A DNA stretch of 64,000 nucleotides from Candidatus Caccalectryoclostridium excrementigallinarum (GTDB taxonomy: Bacteria; Bacillota; Clostridia; Christensenellales; UBA3700): positions 15,806 through 79,805 of the forward strand of contig DVNJ01000024.1 of assembly GCA_018714485.1 (NCBI GenBank), written 5' to 3'. The translations under genes were made by a program, and so were the position numbers. The notes below the pieces were generated by a model that saw only the letters and a program-made list of their open reading frames with translations, searched no databases and was not told the origin of the DNA. Numbering within the stretch: the stretch's first letter is position 1; every line of letters begins with the position of its first letter. This document shows positions 26,189 through 36,200 of the stretch, in pieces.

Positions 26189-27880
26189 ATGAAAAGATTG
26201 GCAAAACTCGCTTTGGTGCTCGTGGTGGCGGTGCTCGCGCTCACGTTCGTACTCACCGCATGCGAGGAGTTCGAGTGGGGACCCGTGGGCGATTGCGATC
26301 CCGAAGCGCAGGTCTCGGGCAACGGCAGCGTCGCCGTGGCTCAGGGTAACACGGTCTATTTCGTCAATGGTAAGGCGGATCTTTCCGCGATCACCGTCGC
26401 CGAGGACAACTGGTTCGGCAAGGCGGGATATAAGGGCAGTATCATGAAAGGTACGCTCAAAGAGGACGGCAGCGTCGCCGGCGCAGAAGTGGTCGTGCCC
26501 AAGATGTTCTATAACGGACAGGCGGACGGCGGACTTTATGTGTTCGGGAACTGGATATATTATACCTCTCCTTCCACGGACACCAATTCCGAAGGCACGG
26601 TGCTCACCTCGCGCCAAGTCTTTTTCCGCACCAAGACGGACGGCACCGAAACGCAGCAGATAGCCGCCGTCGCCGCCAACACTTACGAATATCTCTTCAC
26701 CCCTTCGGGCTTGTTCTATTACAACAGCTCGAACGGTCAGATAGTCAAAGTCGCTTACAGCGAAAGCGCGGTGGGCGCAAGCAGCGTGATCGCCGAAGAC
26801 GTCACCGACGTCATGTTCGTCAAGGACGGCGAATATGCTTACGGTGAAAACAGAAGCAGCGATATGTTCTTCTATACCAAGGCGGGCGACACGAAAAACG
26901 ACGCCGACGTACTTTACGGCAACAGGGTCTATGCCTGCAACTATGAAGGCAAGAGCGTTCTTCTCATCGACAACACCACTTACGTTCCCGAAGGCGCGGT
27001 CGCGGCGCAGTATCAATACACGGTGACCCTGCTCGATTACACGATCGAAGACGGCGGCGTGGCGCTCTTCTATTCCCGCACCCCGGGCAGCTCTTCCGTC
27101 TCCCTCGCCCGCACGGCGACCGCGGCTTACAAGGTGACGCCCGCGGCGATCGCGGAAGGCGGCGAAGGGGCGATCCTCGACGCGGCGGCGGAGAGAGTTT
27201 TGGCTTATTCCGCGCTCTCTTCCGTGACGGCGGTGAGCTTTGATTACGGCGTCTTGCAGGCGGACAGCTCCAACGCGCTTTACCGCTATTATTGCGAAAA
27301 CGACGCGCCCGTGAAGAAGTGCCTCACCGTGGACGAAAAGGGCGAGCCTGCCGCCATGGAAGGCGCACCCACCATTATCGCCGTCAGAGACGAAGAGGCG
27401 AACGCGAGCAACAACGACGTCGCGGGAAAATATATGTATTACACGGTGAGCAGCGTGCTCTATAAGTTGAATTTGGACACAGGCAGCGCGCTGGGAAGCA
27501 TCATGGACAGCACGCAGGAGACCGTCTCGACAGATTATATCTCCGCCTCTTTCATCACCCGCACCGTGGAAAACAAGACGGTCGATTACCTCTTCTTCGA
27601 CAACGGCGTCGCCGCGAACTATACGAGCGTCGTCGCGCTCTCTTCCCTCGATTATGCCGTCGAAGGCGGGGAGTGGATGATAAAGAGCGTTTTGGCGTCC
27701 GGTTATTGGACGGTGGGCGAAGAGGGCTGCCCCGACAAGAATTACGCCGTAGACGAAGAGGGGATCTACACTTTGACCGATCCCGAAGACTCTTCCGCGA
27801 CCGTTCAGACCACGAGACCTTTGCCCAAATACATGGAAGAAAAGGACAAAGCGACCTATATCTCCGCATACGGAGCATAA
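26189..27880 (+). CDS. lipoprotein with DUF5050-like repeat (beta-propeller-like) architecture
   Basis: MKRLAKLALVLVVAVLALTFVLTAC has a classic LTAC lipobox. Recurring GN.VYFVNG / GNWIYYTS / GLFYYNSS strands. GAGGAG SD. The DUF5050 call rests on resemblance. Confidence 0.6.
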   Translation: MKRLAKLALVLVVAVLALTFVLTACEEFEWGPVGDCDPEAQVSGNGSVAVAQGNTVYFVNGKADLSAITVAEDNWFGKAGYKGSIMKGTLKEDGSVAGAEVVVPKMFYNGQADGGLYVFGNWIYYTSPSTDTNSEGTVLTSRQVFFRTKTDGTETQQIAAVAANTYEYLFTPSGLFYYNSSNGQIVKVAYSESAVGASSVIAEDVTDVMFVKDGEYAYGENRSSDMFFYTKAGDTKNDADVLYGNRVYACNYEGKSVLLIDNTTYVPEGAVAAQYQYTVTLLDYTIEDGGVALFYSRTPGSSSVSLARTATAAYKVTPAAIAEGGEGAILDAAAERVLAYSALSSVTAVSFDYGVLQADSSNALYRYYCENDAPVKKCLTVDEKGEPAAMEGAPTIIAVRDEEANASNNDVAGKYMYYTVSSVLYKLNLDTGSALGSIMDSTQETVSTDYISASFITRTVENKTVDYLFFDNGVAANYTSVVALSSLDYAVEGGEWMIKSVLASGYWTVGEEGCPDKNYAVDEEGIYTLTDPEDSSATVQTTRPLPKYMEEKDKATYISAYGA

Positions 27881-27881
27881 A

Positions 27882-29846
27882 ATGGAAAAACAAAAATACT
27901 ATATCACGACTCCCATATATTACCCCAGCGGCAAGTGGCATATCGGCACCTGCTATACGACCGTCGTCTGCGACGCGCTGGCGCGGTTCAACAGGCTGGA
28001 CGGCAAGGACGTCTTCTTTCTGACGGGCACGGACGAGCACGGGCAGAAGATACAGCGCGCCGCCAAAGAGGCGGGCGTGACGCCCAAACAATATGTGGAC
28101 GGGCTGGTGGACGACCTCAAAAGGCTTTGGGAAAGGCTGGATATAACTTACGACAAGTTTATCCGCACCACGGACGAATATCACGAAAAAGCCGTTCAGA
28201 AGATCTTTCAAAAGCTCTATGAAAAGGGCGACATCTATAAGAGCGAATACGAAGGCATGTATTGCGTTCCCTGCGAATCTTTCTGGACAAAGAGTCAGCT
28301 CGTGGACGGGAAGTGCCCCGACTGCGGCAGAGAGGTGGTCTCGGCGCGCGAAGAGAGCTATTTCTTCCGCCTGAGCAAATATCAGGGCGTGGTGGAAAAA
28401 CTGCTCGAGAGCGGCGATTTTCTCTTCCCCGCCTCGCGCAGAAAGGAGATGCTCAACAACTTTGTCAAGCCCGGGCTTCAGGATCTCTGCGTCTCGCGCA
28501 CCTCTTTTGATTGGGGCGTAAAGGTGCCTTTCGATCAAAAGCACGTCATCTATGTCTGGCTGGACGCGCTGTTCAACTATGTGACGGCGCTGGGCTATAT
28601 GGGCGAGGACGACGAACTTTTCAAAAAGTATTGGCCCGCGAGCGTGCATATGATGGCGAAGGAGATCGTGAGGTTCCATTCCGTCATCTGGCCCGCGTTT
28701 TTGACCGCGCTCGATCTGCCCCTGCCCGAAAAGGTTTTCGGTCACGGCTGGATAATGTTCGACGGCGGCAAGATGAGTAAGTCCAAGGGCAACGTCGTCG
28801 ATCCCTTTATCCTCAGCGAGCGTTACGGCGTGGACACGCTGCGCTATTATCTTTTGCATATCGTGCCTTTCGGCGAGGACGGGGAATACAGCAACGAGAT
28901 GCTCGTGCGCTCTTACAACTCCGATCTTGCCAACACTTTGGGCAATCTCGTCTCGCGCGTGGCGGCGATGATAGACAAGTATTTCGGCGTTATCCCCGCG
29001 CCCACGGGCGACGACGAGAGCGCGGACGGCGAGCTGAAAAAGCTCACCGAAGAGCTGCTTTCCAAGGTAAGGGCGGAGCTTGAAAAGCCCAACGTGAGCA
29101 CGGCGATGGACGCTGTTTGGGAAGTTCTTCACCGCGCCAACAAATATATCGACGAAACCGCGCCCTGGACGTTGGGCGCGAGCGAAGAGGGGAAGGTCAG
29201 GCTCTCTTCCGTGCTCTTCAACCTCGCCGAAGCGATCCGTACCTGCGCCGTCGTCTTGCAGGCGTTTTTGCCCGAAACGGCGGCAAAGATACTCGACAAG
29301 CTCGGCGTGAGCCAAAGCGAGCGCACCTTTGACTCGCTCTCTTCCCCCATGAGCCATGGCGGGAAGGTGGATAAGGGCGCCCATCTTTTTGCGAGGCTGG
29401 ATGTGGAAAAAGAGCTGAAAGAGCTGGAAAAGATCGCCGAAGAACTCGCCGCCGCCAAGGAGAAAAAGAGCGAAAAACCCGAGGCAGGGGCGGAAAAAAG
29501 CGAAGAGCAAACTCCCGCGGAGATAGGGATAGAAGACTTTGACAAAGTCGTGCTCAAAGTCGGAAAGATCCTTAATTGCAAGAAGGTCGAAAAGGCGGAC
29601 AAGCTGCTTTGCTCGACAGTCGACTTGGGCGAAGAAAAGCCGCGCACGATCGTGAGCGGGATCGCGAAATATTATTCTCCCGAGGAGATGAAGGGAAAGA
29701 GCGTGGTCGTCGTCGCCAACCTTCGCCCCGTCAAGCTGCGCGGGATACTCTCTCAGGGAATGCTGCTTTGCGCGAGCGATAAGCAGGGCGGGCTCAAACT
29801 GCTCGCGCCCGAGGGCGACATGCCCGCGGGGAGCGAGATAAGCTGA
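27882..29846 (+). CDS. metG: methionine--tRNA ligase with C-terminal Trbp111/EMAP-like tRNA-binding domain
   Basis: PIYYPSGKWHIGT (HIGH-like), KMSKSKGN, zinc knuckle CVPCESF...CPDCG, and C-terminal VGKILNCKKVEKADKLLCSTVDLG. Confidence 0.95.
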   Translation: MEKQKYYITTPIYYPSGKWHIGTCYTTVVCDALARFNRLDGKDVFFLTGTDEHGQKIQRAAKEAGVTPKQYVDGLVDDLKRLWERLDITYDKFIRTTDEYHEKAVQKIFQKLYEKGDIYKSEYEGMYCVPCESFWTKSQLVDGKCPDCGREVVSAREESYFFRLSKYQGVVEKLLESGDFLFPASRRKEMLNNFVKPGLQDLCVSRTSFDWGVKVPFDQKHVIYVWLDALFNYVTALGYMGEDDELFKKYWPASVHMMAKEIVRFHSVIWPAFLTALDLPLPEKVFGHGWIMFDGGKMSKSKGNVVDPFILSERYGVDTLRYYLLHIVPFGEDGEYSNEMLVRSYNSDLANTLGNLVSRVAAMIDKYFGVIPAPTGDDESADGELKKLTEELLSKVRAELEKPNVSTAMDAVWEVLHRANKYIDETAPWTLGASEEGKVRLSSVLFNLAEAIRTCAVVLQAFLPETAAKILDKLGVSQSERTFDSLSSPMSHGGKVDKGAHLFARLDVEKELKELEKIAEELAAAKEKKSEKPEAGAEKSEEQTPAEIGIEDFDKVVLKVGKILNCKKVEKADKLLCSTVDLGEEKPRTIVSGIAKYYSPEEMKGKSVVVVANLRPVKLRGILSQGMLLCASDKQGGLKLLAPEGDMPAGSEIS

Positions 29847-30610
29847 TGCTCATCGACAGCCATTGCCATCTTCTCGATGCGCGTCTGAACGCGGAAGAAG
29901 AGATCGCGCGCATGAAAGAAGACGGACTGCTCGCCGTGGTGGAGAACGGCTTCGACCTTGACTCTTCCCGCCGCGCCAGCGAGCTGGCGCAGCGCCACGA
30001 GGGCGTCTATTGCGCCGTGGGCTGTCACCCCGAAGAGGCGGGGGGATATAAGGCGGAGGACGAGGAGGAATATCTCGCGCTCTGCGCCCTGCCCAAGACG
30101 GTCGCCGTCGGCGAGATCGGACTCGACTATTGCTATGAGATCGCGCCGCGCGAAGTGCAAAGAAAGGTCTTTATCGCCCAGCTTATTTGGGCGCACAAGG
30201 CGAAAAGGCCCGTCAACCTGCATATACGCGACGCCTACGGCGACGCTTACGCCATACTGAAAGAGCACAGAGAGCTTTTGACGGACGGATTTTTGCTGCA
30301 TTGTTACGGCGGCAGCGCGGAGATGGCGGAACGCTTTGCCGAGATGGGCGCGTATTTCGCCTTCGGCGGCGTGATAACCTTCAAAAACGCGAAGAAAGAA
30401 GACGTCTTGAAGAGTGTCCCGAAAGACAGGCTCTTGTTCGAGACAGACTGCCCCTATATGACGCCCGAGCCTTTCCGCGGCAGGGTCAACCGCCCCGCAT
30501 ACGTCAAATATGTGGCAAAAAAAGCCGCCGAGATCCTCGGCATGAGCGAAGATGAGGCGGGGAGGCTGTCCGTGGAAAACACGCTGCGTTATTATCGGAT
30601 CGCAAAATAG
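29846..30610 (+). CDS. tatD: TatD-family metal-dependent hydrolase
   Basis: MLIDSHCHL, EIGLDY, HIRDA and ETDCPYM blocks. Its ATG overlaps the metG TGA (TGATG). Confidence 0.9.
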   Translation: MLIDSHCHLLDARLNAEEEIARMKEDGLLAVVENGFDLDSSRRASELAQRHEGVYCAVGCHPEEAGGYKAEDEEEYLALCALPKTVAVGEIGLDYCYEIAPREVQRKVFIAQLIWAHKAKRPVNLHIRDAYGDAYAILKEHRELLTDGFLLHCYGGSAEMAERFAEMGAYFAFGGVITFKNAKKEDVLKSVPKDRLLFETDCPYMTPEPFRGRVNRPAYVKYVAKKAAEILGMSEDEAGRLSVENTLRYYRIAK

Positions 30611-30642
30611 CCCGACGAGGGTAAAGCGCGGGGAGGCGCTTT

Positions 30643-31269
30643 ATGAATACTTACGTCTATACCATTTACGGCAACATCTATATCAATCTCACCAACTTTT
30701 GCTCCAACGCCTGCGAATTTTGCGTGCGCAATCATGAGTCCACCATGGACGGCAGGGAGTTCGGCTCCCACAGCGGCGAGGGCGATTACGATCTCTGGCT
30801 GGACAGAGAGCCTTCTTATAAGGACGTGACCGACATTCTCGACAAGATGGATTTCAGCCGCTATAAGGAGATGGTCTTTTGCGGTTACGGCGAGCCGAGC
30901 GCGCGCTTCGATCTGGTGGAGATGCTCTGCGTCTATGCCCACGAACGCGGCATAAAGACGAGGATAAACACCAACGGGCAGGGCAACGCCATTTTGGGCA
31001 AGGACATCGCTCCGCGCATGTGCCGGTGCATCGACACGATAAACGTCTCGCTCAACGCCACGGACGCGCAGTCTTACGACAGGCTCTGCCACAGCGTTTA
31101 CGGGGAAAAGGCGTTCGACATCATGCTCGATTTCGCCAAGGAATGCGTGCGCTGCGGCGGCAACGTGGTTTTGAGTATCGTGGACTGCGTCCCGCCCGAG
31201 CAGCTGCAAAAGGCAGCCGAGATCGCGCGCGACATCGGCGCAAAGCTAAGGGTGAGGAAGATGATATGA
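30643..31269 (+). CDS. TatD-associated radical SAM protein
   Basis: NLTNFCSNACEFC is a CxxxCxxC cluster near the N-terminus. It is a small (208 aa) half-barrel type immediately after tatD, matching the described TatD-associated radical SAM family. Confidence 0.8.
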   Translation: MNTYVYTIYGNIYINLTNFCSNACEFCVRNHESTMDGREFGSHSGEGDYDLWLDREPSYKDVTDILDKMDFSRYKEMVFCGYGEPSARFDLVEMLCVYAHERGIKTRINTNGQGNAILGKDIAPRMCRCIDTINVSLNATDAQSYDRLCHSVYGEKAFDIMLDFAKECVRCGGNVVLSIVDCVPPEQLQKAAEIARDIGAKLRVRKMI

Positions 31270-32096
31270 GCCTTGCGCAAATTCTTTCCGAATGCGGATT
31301 TTGCTTTGAAAAGCGCTTCGGGCAGAACTTTCTCACCGACGGCAACCTTTTGGACGCCATCGCCGCGGACGCGAACGCGGACGGCATGACCGTGCTCGAG
31401 ATAGGCACGGGCGCGGGGACGCTCACCGCCGCGCTGGCGAAAAGGGCGAAGAGAGTGGTGAGTTACGAGATAGACAAAAATCTCATGCCCGTGCTTGCGC
31501 GCACGCTCGCGGGCTTGGACGAAAAGGTCGAAGTGATCTTCCGCGACGTGATGAAAGAGAGCGACGAGGAACTCGACAAAATTTTGGGCGGCGATTATGT
31601 CCTTGCCGCCAACCTGCCTTATTATATCACGACGCCCGTCATCATGCGCTTTATCGAACGCGCCCGCAAGCCGAAGAGCATCACCGTCATGGTGCAAAAA
31701 GAGGTGGGCGAGCGCCTGATCGCCGCGCCGGGAACGCCCGAATACGGCGCCGTCACCGCCGCCGTCGCGCTCGAAGGGAGCGCGAAGATAACGAGGATCG
31801 TGCCGCGCACCATGTTCATGCCCCGTCCCAACGTGGACAGCTGCGTGGTGAGGATAGACTTGGACGGCAGGTTCGCGGACGCGGACAAGGCGGCGGCGAA
31901 AAAATTCATCAGGGCGGCTTTCGCCATGCGCCGCAAGACGCTCGTCAACAACATCTGCGCGCAGTTCGGTCAAAAGCGCGAAAGGGCGGAAAAACTGCTC
32001 ACCCGTTGCGGCTTTGACGTCAGAGTGCGCGGCGAAAAGCTCGGCGTCGAGGACTTTATCGCCCTTTCCGAGGCGGCAAAAGAGATCTTCGAGTGA
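31266..32096 (+). CDS. rsmA: 16S rRNA (adenine1518/1519-N6)-dimethyltransferase
   Basis: FGQNFL and the LEIGTGAGTLT SAM motif, 276 aa. Its ATG overlaps the stop of the radical SAM gene. Confidence 0.95.
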   Translation: MSLAQILSECGFCFEKRFGQNFLTDGNLLDAIAADANADGMTVLEIGTGAGTLTAALAKRAKRVVSYEIDKNLMPVLARTLAGLDEKVEVIFRDVMKESDEELDKILGGDYVLAANLPYYITTPVIMRFIERARKPKSITVMVQKEVGERLIAAPGTPEYGAVTAAVALEGSAKITRIVPRTMFMPRPNVDSCVVRIDLDGRFADADKAAAKKFIRAAFAMRRKTLVNNICAQFGQKRERAEKLLTRCGFDVRVRGEKLGVEDFIALSEAAKEIFE

Positions 32097-32219
32097 TCGA
32101 TCAAATTGAATATTCCCGCTTGCTTGCGCGGCCGTGCCGCGCATTTTTCTTGCCCTTTGAGCATATCTTTTAATATATCGTTCGGCGGAAGCCGCAAACA
32201 GGCAAGGAGAGAAAGGCTT

Positions 32220-33083
32220 ATGTTCGTGATAAAAAGGAATGTCGTGCTCGTGCGCTGCGACGGCGGCGCGGCGGGCTTTGTCAGGTTGGAATGTTTGAGG
32301 GGTAAGACGGAGGGGGAAGTGAAGATGCGCTGCCCCGAGGGCAGTCTTTTGGAGATGATGGCGGACGGGAGATATTTTTCCGCGCCCGCGAACGCGCCGT
32401 TTAACCTGCCCTTTGCGCTGAGGGAAGACAGCCGCGTCGCCGCGCGTATCGTCAGGGACGGCGGCGTGATCGCCCTTTCGTCCGCGGCGGGAAAAGAGTT
32501 TGCGGCGAGGGCGTCAGCGGGCGGGAAAAAGGGCGAAGAGGAGAGAGGGCAAGCGGGCGTAGAAAAAAAGAGCGCGCCCGAAAGAGAGAGCGCAGAAGAG
32601 GACAAGGAAAAAGAGCAAAGAGGCAAAAAGAGCGCGCCCGAAAGAGAGAGCATAGAGAAAAATAAGGAGCAAGCGGACGTGATCTTCGAAAAAGCAGAAA
32701 GTAGGCAGCCGCCGCAAGAGGCAAAAGAGGAAGAGCGGGAAAAAAGCGAGGGCAGGGAGGGGAAAACTCGGTTTTTGGGCGCGATAAGCGCGAGCTTAGA
32801 AGAGCTTTTTTCTCTCTATCCCGCCGAGGAGAGGCTCGCGGGGGTCGTTCCCTTTTCGAAGTGGGTGAGAGTTCCCCTCGAGAGCGGATATTATGTCGTC
32901 GGCATCATCTCCGATCAAGAGGGCGCCGCGCGCTATCTTGCGTACGGCGTCCCCGACAAGGACAACGCCTCTCCGCCCGACGCTTACCCCGCCTGCCGCG
33001 GCTGGCTGCCGCTCGAAGAGGACGGGGCGGGATATTGGATGATGTATCAAGACGCGATCACGGGCGAGATAGTCAAAAAATAG
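32220..33083 (+). CDS. hypothetical protein with charged repeat linker (KKSAPERES x2)
   Basis: ATG 32220 has a GGAGAGAAAGG SD. The central Glu/Lys-rich region carries an in-frame 60-bp-period repeat. The C-terminal block is GYYVVGIISDQEGAARYLAYGVP...GYWMMYQDAITGEIV. No family recognised. Confidence 0.5.
   Translation: MFVIKRNVVLVRCDGGAAGFVRLECLRGKTEGEVKMRCPEGSLLEMMADGRYFSAPANAPFNLPFALREDSRVAARIVRDGGVIALSSAAGKEFAARASAGGKKGEEERGQAGVEKKSAPERESAEEDKEKEQRGKKSAPERESIEKNKEQADVIFEKAESRQPPQEAKEEEREKSEGREGKTRFLGAISASLEELFSLYPAEERLAGVVPFSKWVRVPLESGYYVVGIISDQEGAARYLAYGVPDKDNASPPDAYPACRGWLPLEEDGAGYWMMYQDAITGEIVKK
32565..32651 (+). repeat. in-frame direct repeat: 27-bp perfect copies, 60-bp period
   Basis: aaaaagagcgcgcccgaaagagagagc occurs at 32565-32591 and again at 32625-32651. 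Confidence 0.9.
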
Positions 33084-33116
33084 GCGGCGGAGGGCAGTTC
33101 CGCCGCCCGTCTTTTG
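33083..33116 (+). terminator. intrinsic terminator
   Basis: ggcggcgga / tccgccgcc stem followed by cgtcTTTT. Confidence 0.7.
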
Positions 33117-33198
33117 CGTATTTCATGAACGGTCTTATTAAAAAAATACGAATATACGGTTAAATACTCGTTTTTATAAAATTTTTGTAAAAATACCA

Positions 33199-33227
33199 TT
33201 GACTTTTAATGGATATTAAGTTACAAT
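33199..33227 (+). promoter_or_regulatory. sigma-70 promoter for the giant lipoprotein gene
   Basis: TTGACT (33199-33204), a 17-nt spacer, then TACAAT (33222-33227). Confidence 0.75.
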
Positions 33228-33286
33228 TTATATATCAGGACAAAGCATAGCTTTGGATCGAAAAAAAATTAAGAGAGGAGCAAGAC

Positions 33287-36200
33287 ATGAAAAAGATACT
33301 GAAAATTTCCGTTTTGGTATTGATCGTCGCCATTGTTTCCGTCGGCTTGCTGGCTGCGTGCGAAGACCCCGTGACGCCCGGCGTGCCCGACGTGCAGCAA
33401 GAGAGCAACGACGTGTTCTACTGGGCGCCCGTGGCGGGAGCCGAGTATTACGTTATGTCGGTCGACGACGGCGAGAATCAGACGATCGCCGCCACTTCCG
33501 CGACCGTTCACGAAGACAATGCCGAATATGCGGCGATGAGGTTCAAGCTGGACACTTCCGCGCTCACCGCGGGCGTGCACAGCGTCAAGTTCGCCGCGGG
33601 AGCGGGCGAGCTGGTCTCCGAGTTCGGTAAGTCGTTCAGAGTCGTGGTCGGAAGCGGCTTTGTCGCCGCGCCCGAGGTTTGGTTCAACGGCGACACGATT
33701 TATGTCAACACGGCTGCGCCCACCGTCGACGTCACCTTCACCGCGAACAATTCGCCCGTGACCGTGACTTATGAGCGCGGCGTCGACGACGTGACGCCGA
33801 TAGAGCTGAACATCGAAGAGCTTTTGGGCAGCACGGAGCTTGAGGACGGCGTGACTTATGTCGTCACCGCGACCGCCAAGGACGGCGAGGTATCGAGCGA
33901 TGCTTCGCGCGCGGTCAAGTTCACTTACAGCGCGCCCGACAAGCAGTACGCCAAGCCCGCGGTCTCGCTTGAGCTTGCCGACGAGCCTTATCTCATCTTC
34001 AACAACGACGTCACAGAGGGCGCGACGGTCACCTTTGACCTCGGCGGCAAATATTACAGCGCCGAATATAACGGTACGTCGGACGGCAGCCTCACCATGA
34101 GCCCCATAAGCTATTTTATGGACGATGAGCTTAACGCCGTGATGATCGCCAATGCGGGCACGGAAATGCAATTCTCTTTCCGCGTCGACTATGTCGACTA
34201 TGCCGCGAGCGAACCCGCTATCGCCAGCGAATGGTCTGATCCGGTGACGCTGAGCATTCCCGCCGTCGAGCTTGAAGATTGGCTGGACAATTATTTCGAC
34301 TATGCGATCGGGTCTTTGGGCAACGGCACGGTCGCCGTGGTCGATAAGACCGTGGGAACGGCGCTCGAAGGCAGCGTGACCGTTGAAGTCAAAATGAACG
34401 AAACGCCTGTCGAGGCGACCGTCGGCAATGACAGCGTGAAGGTCTATAAGGCGGAAGTCTCGGAAGGCGTCAATACGGTGGAGATGATCTTCACCTGGGG
34501 CGAGCAGACCTATTCCGTCCAAGAAAAGTTCGAAGTGGGCGAGAAGGTCTACGGGCTGCACATAAACGGCAGCAACGTGCTTTGGAGCCCCGTTGACGAC
34601 GCGGAGAAGTATGTGGTGAGCGTGACGGGCGATCCCTACGGCAACGCCTATACCAACGAATACGAAACTGAAACCACCTCCTTCGACTTCGATGAGGTCG
34701 CGTCCTATGACGACTATGCGGTCGGCATGTATGAAGTGACCGTATATGCGGTCGTGGACGGCGTGAACTGCGCCGAGAGCGAAGTCCTCTCGCTCAGAAG
34801 AGCGGCTGCCCCTCAAGGCTATAATTTAAGTGAAAGCGCGGACAGCTTCACCGTTTATAACGATGAATATTATAATTATAACCTCATCGTTAAGGCGAAC
34901 GGCGTTGAGATCTCTCACGATACGTACAACGAAAGGAATTACATCATAAGCAAAGACAGGCTCTATAACAGCGCCAACGGCACGCTGGAAATAGAGTTCT
35001 ATTACGAGGGCAACGATCTGGATATGCTCGACAGCCGTCCCGCCACCTATTCCTTCGAAGTGAGCGACAAGCTCGATTACAGGATCGTCGACGGCGACAA
35101 GATAGAGATCATCGGCGCCGACCTTGTCAACGACCATGTCTATGTCAACGGCACTTCCTATTCCGCAGGAAGCAGTAACGGCTATGTGACCGAAGACGGC
35201 ATGTTCGAGATCTTGGACTATGTCGCAGACAACAGCGACTCCGTGGGCATCATGGGCACCGTGAAAGTTATGCCTTCGTTTGGTGCTATCGCTCCCTATG
35301 ACGTGAATCTGCGCGCCAGGGGCTTCACCATCAACGTGAACAGCAACCGCGCGGCAACACCTTCTCTTACGACCGACTATGATCAGGTGGACGCGATTGT
35401 ATGGGACGGCAATGATAACAATACTTACGGCGAGCTTGAGCGCGGCAAGCAGGGAACTTGGGAATATATCATCGAGTATACCGACGCCGACGGTAACAGT
35501 ACCTCGGAAGCGGACAGCGGAACGATCGTCAATTACGACACCTGCGGCGCGTCTGTCGACATGAGCGGATTCGAGGACCCCGGCGTTTACACGATCTCCA
35601 TCCGCGCCAAGGGCACGGGCAACAAGTTCAGCAGCCGTTATACCACCGCGACTTATTTGATCTTTGACGAGATCGACACTCAGATCAATACCGGTGCGGA
35701 CAGCTCCTATGTCTCCGTGTCAAGACAGGGCAGCGTGCTCGATTACTATATCGCCGGCTATGATTATCAGTATAGGTATTATCATTCGAGTTACAGTTGG
35801 ATAACAACGAGCGATACCTATACTACGACATCGTTATATACCGACGGGTACAGATTCGATTCGTATATGAGCAATTCTTCGTATAACATAGCGAGCGTTA
35901 CTTTCGAAATGAACCTGTCGACGAATGCGAATTACGTCTTCTATAAAGCGCTGCCCGACAAGACCGTCGAGATGGACAGGATCTATGTCGACTACAATAA
36001 TTACAACTACGACGCCATCTATTATGTGACTGAGGGCGGAAATGCTCAGGCGGCATGGGTCAGACCCGAACTCTATACTACCGGCGGTGACGTTTATTAT
36101 ACCGTGATGACGAGGACGGAAAATTACAGCGGCTGGGATTACACCTCGCATTACACCACGGGCAGCACGATGACGTTGAACAATACGACCTATGTCAAAG

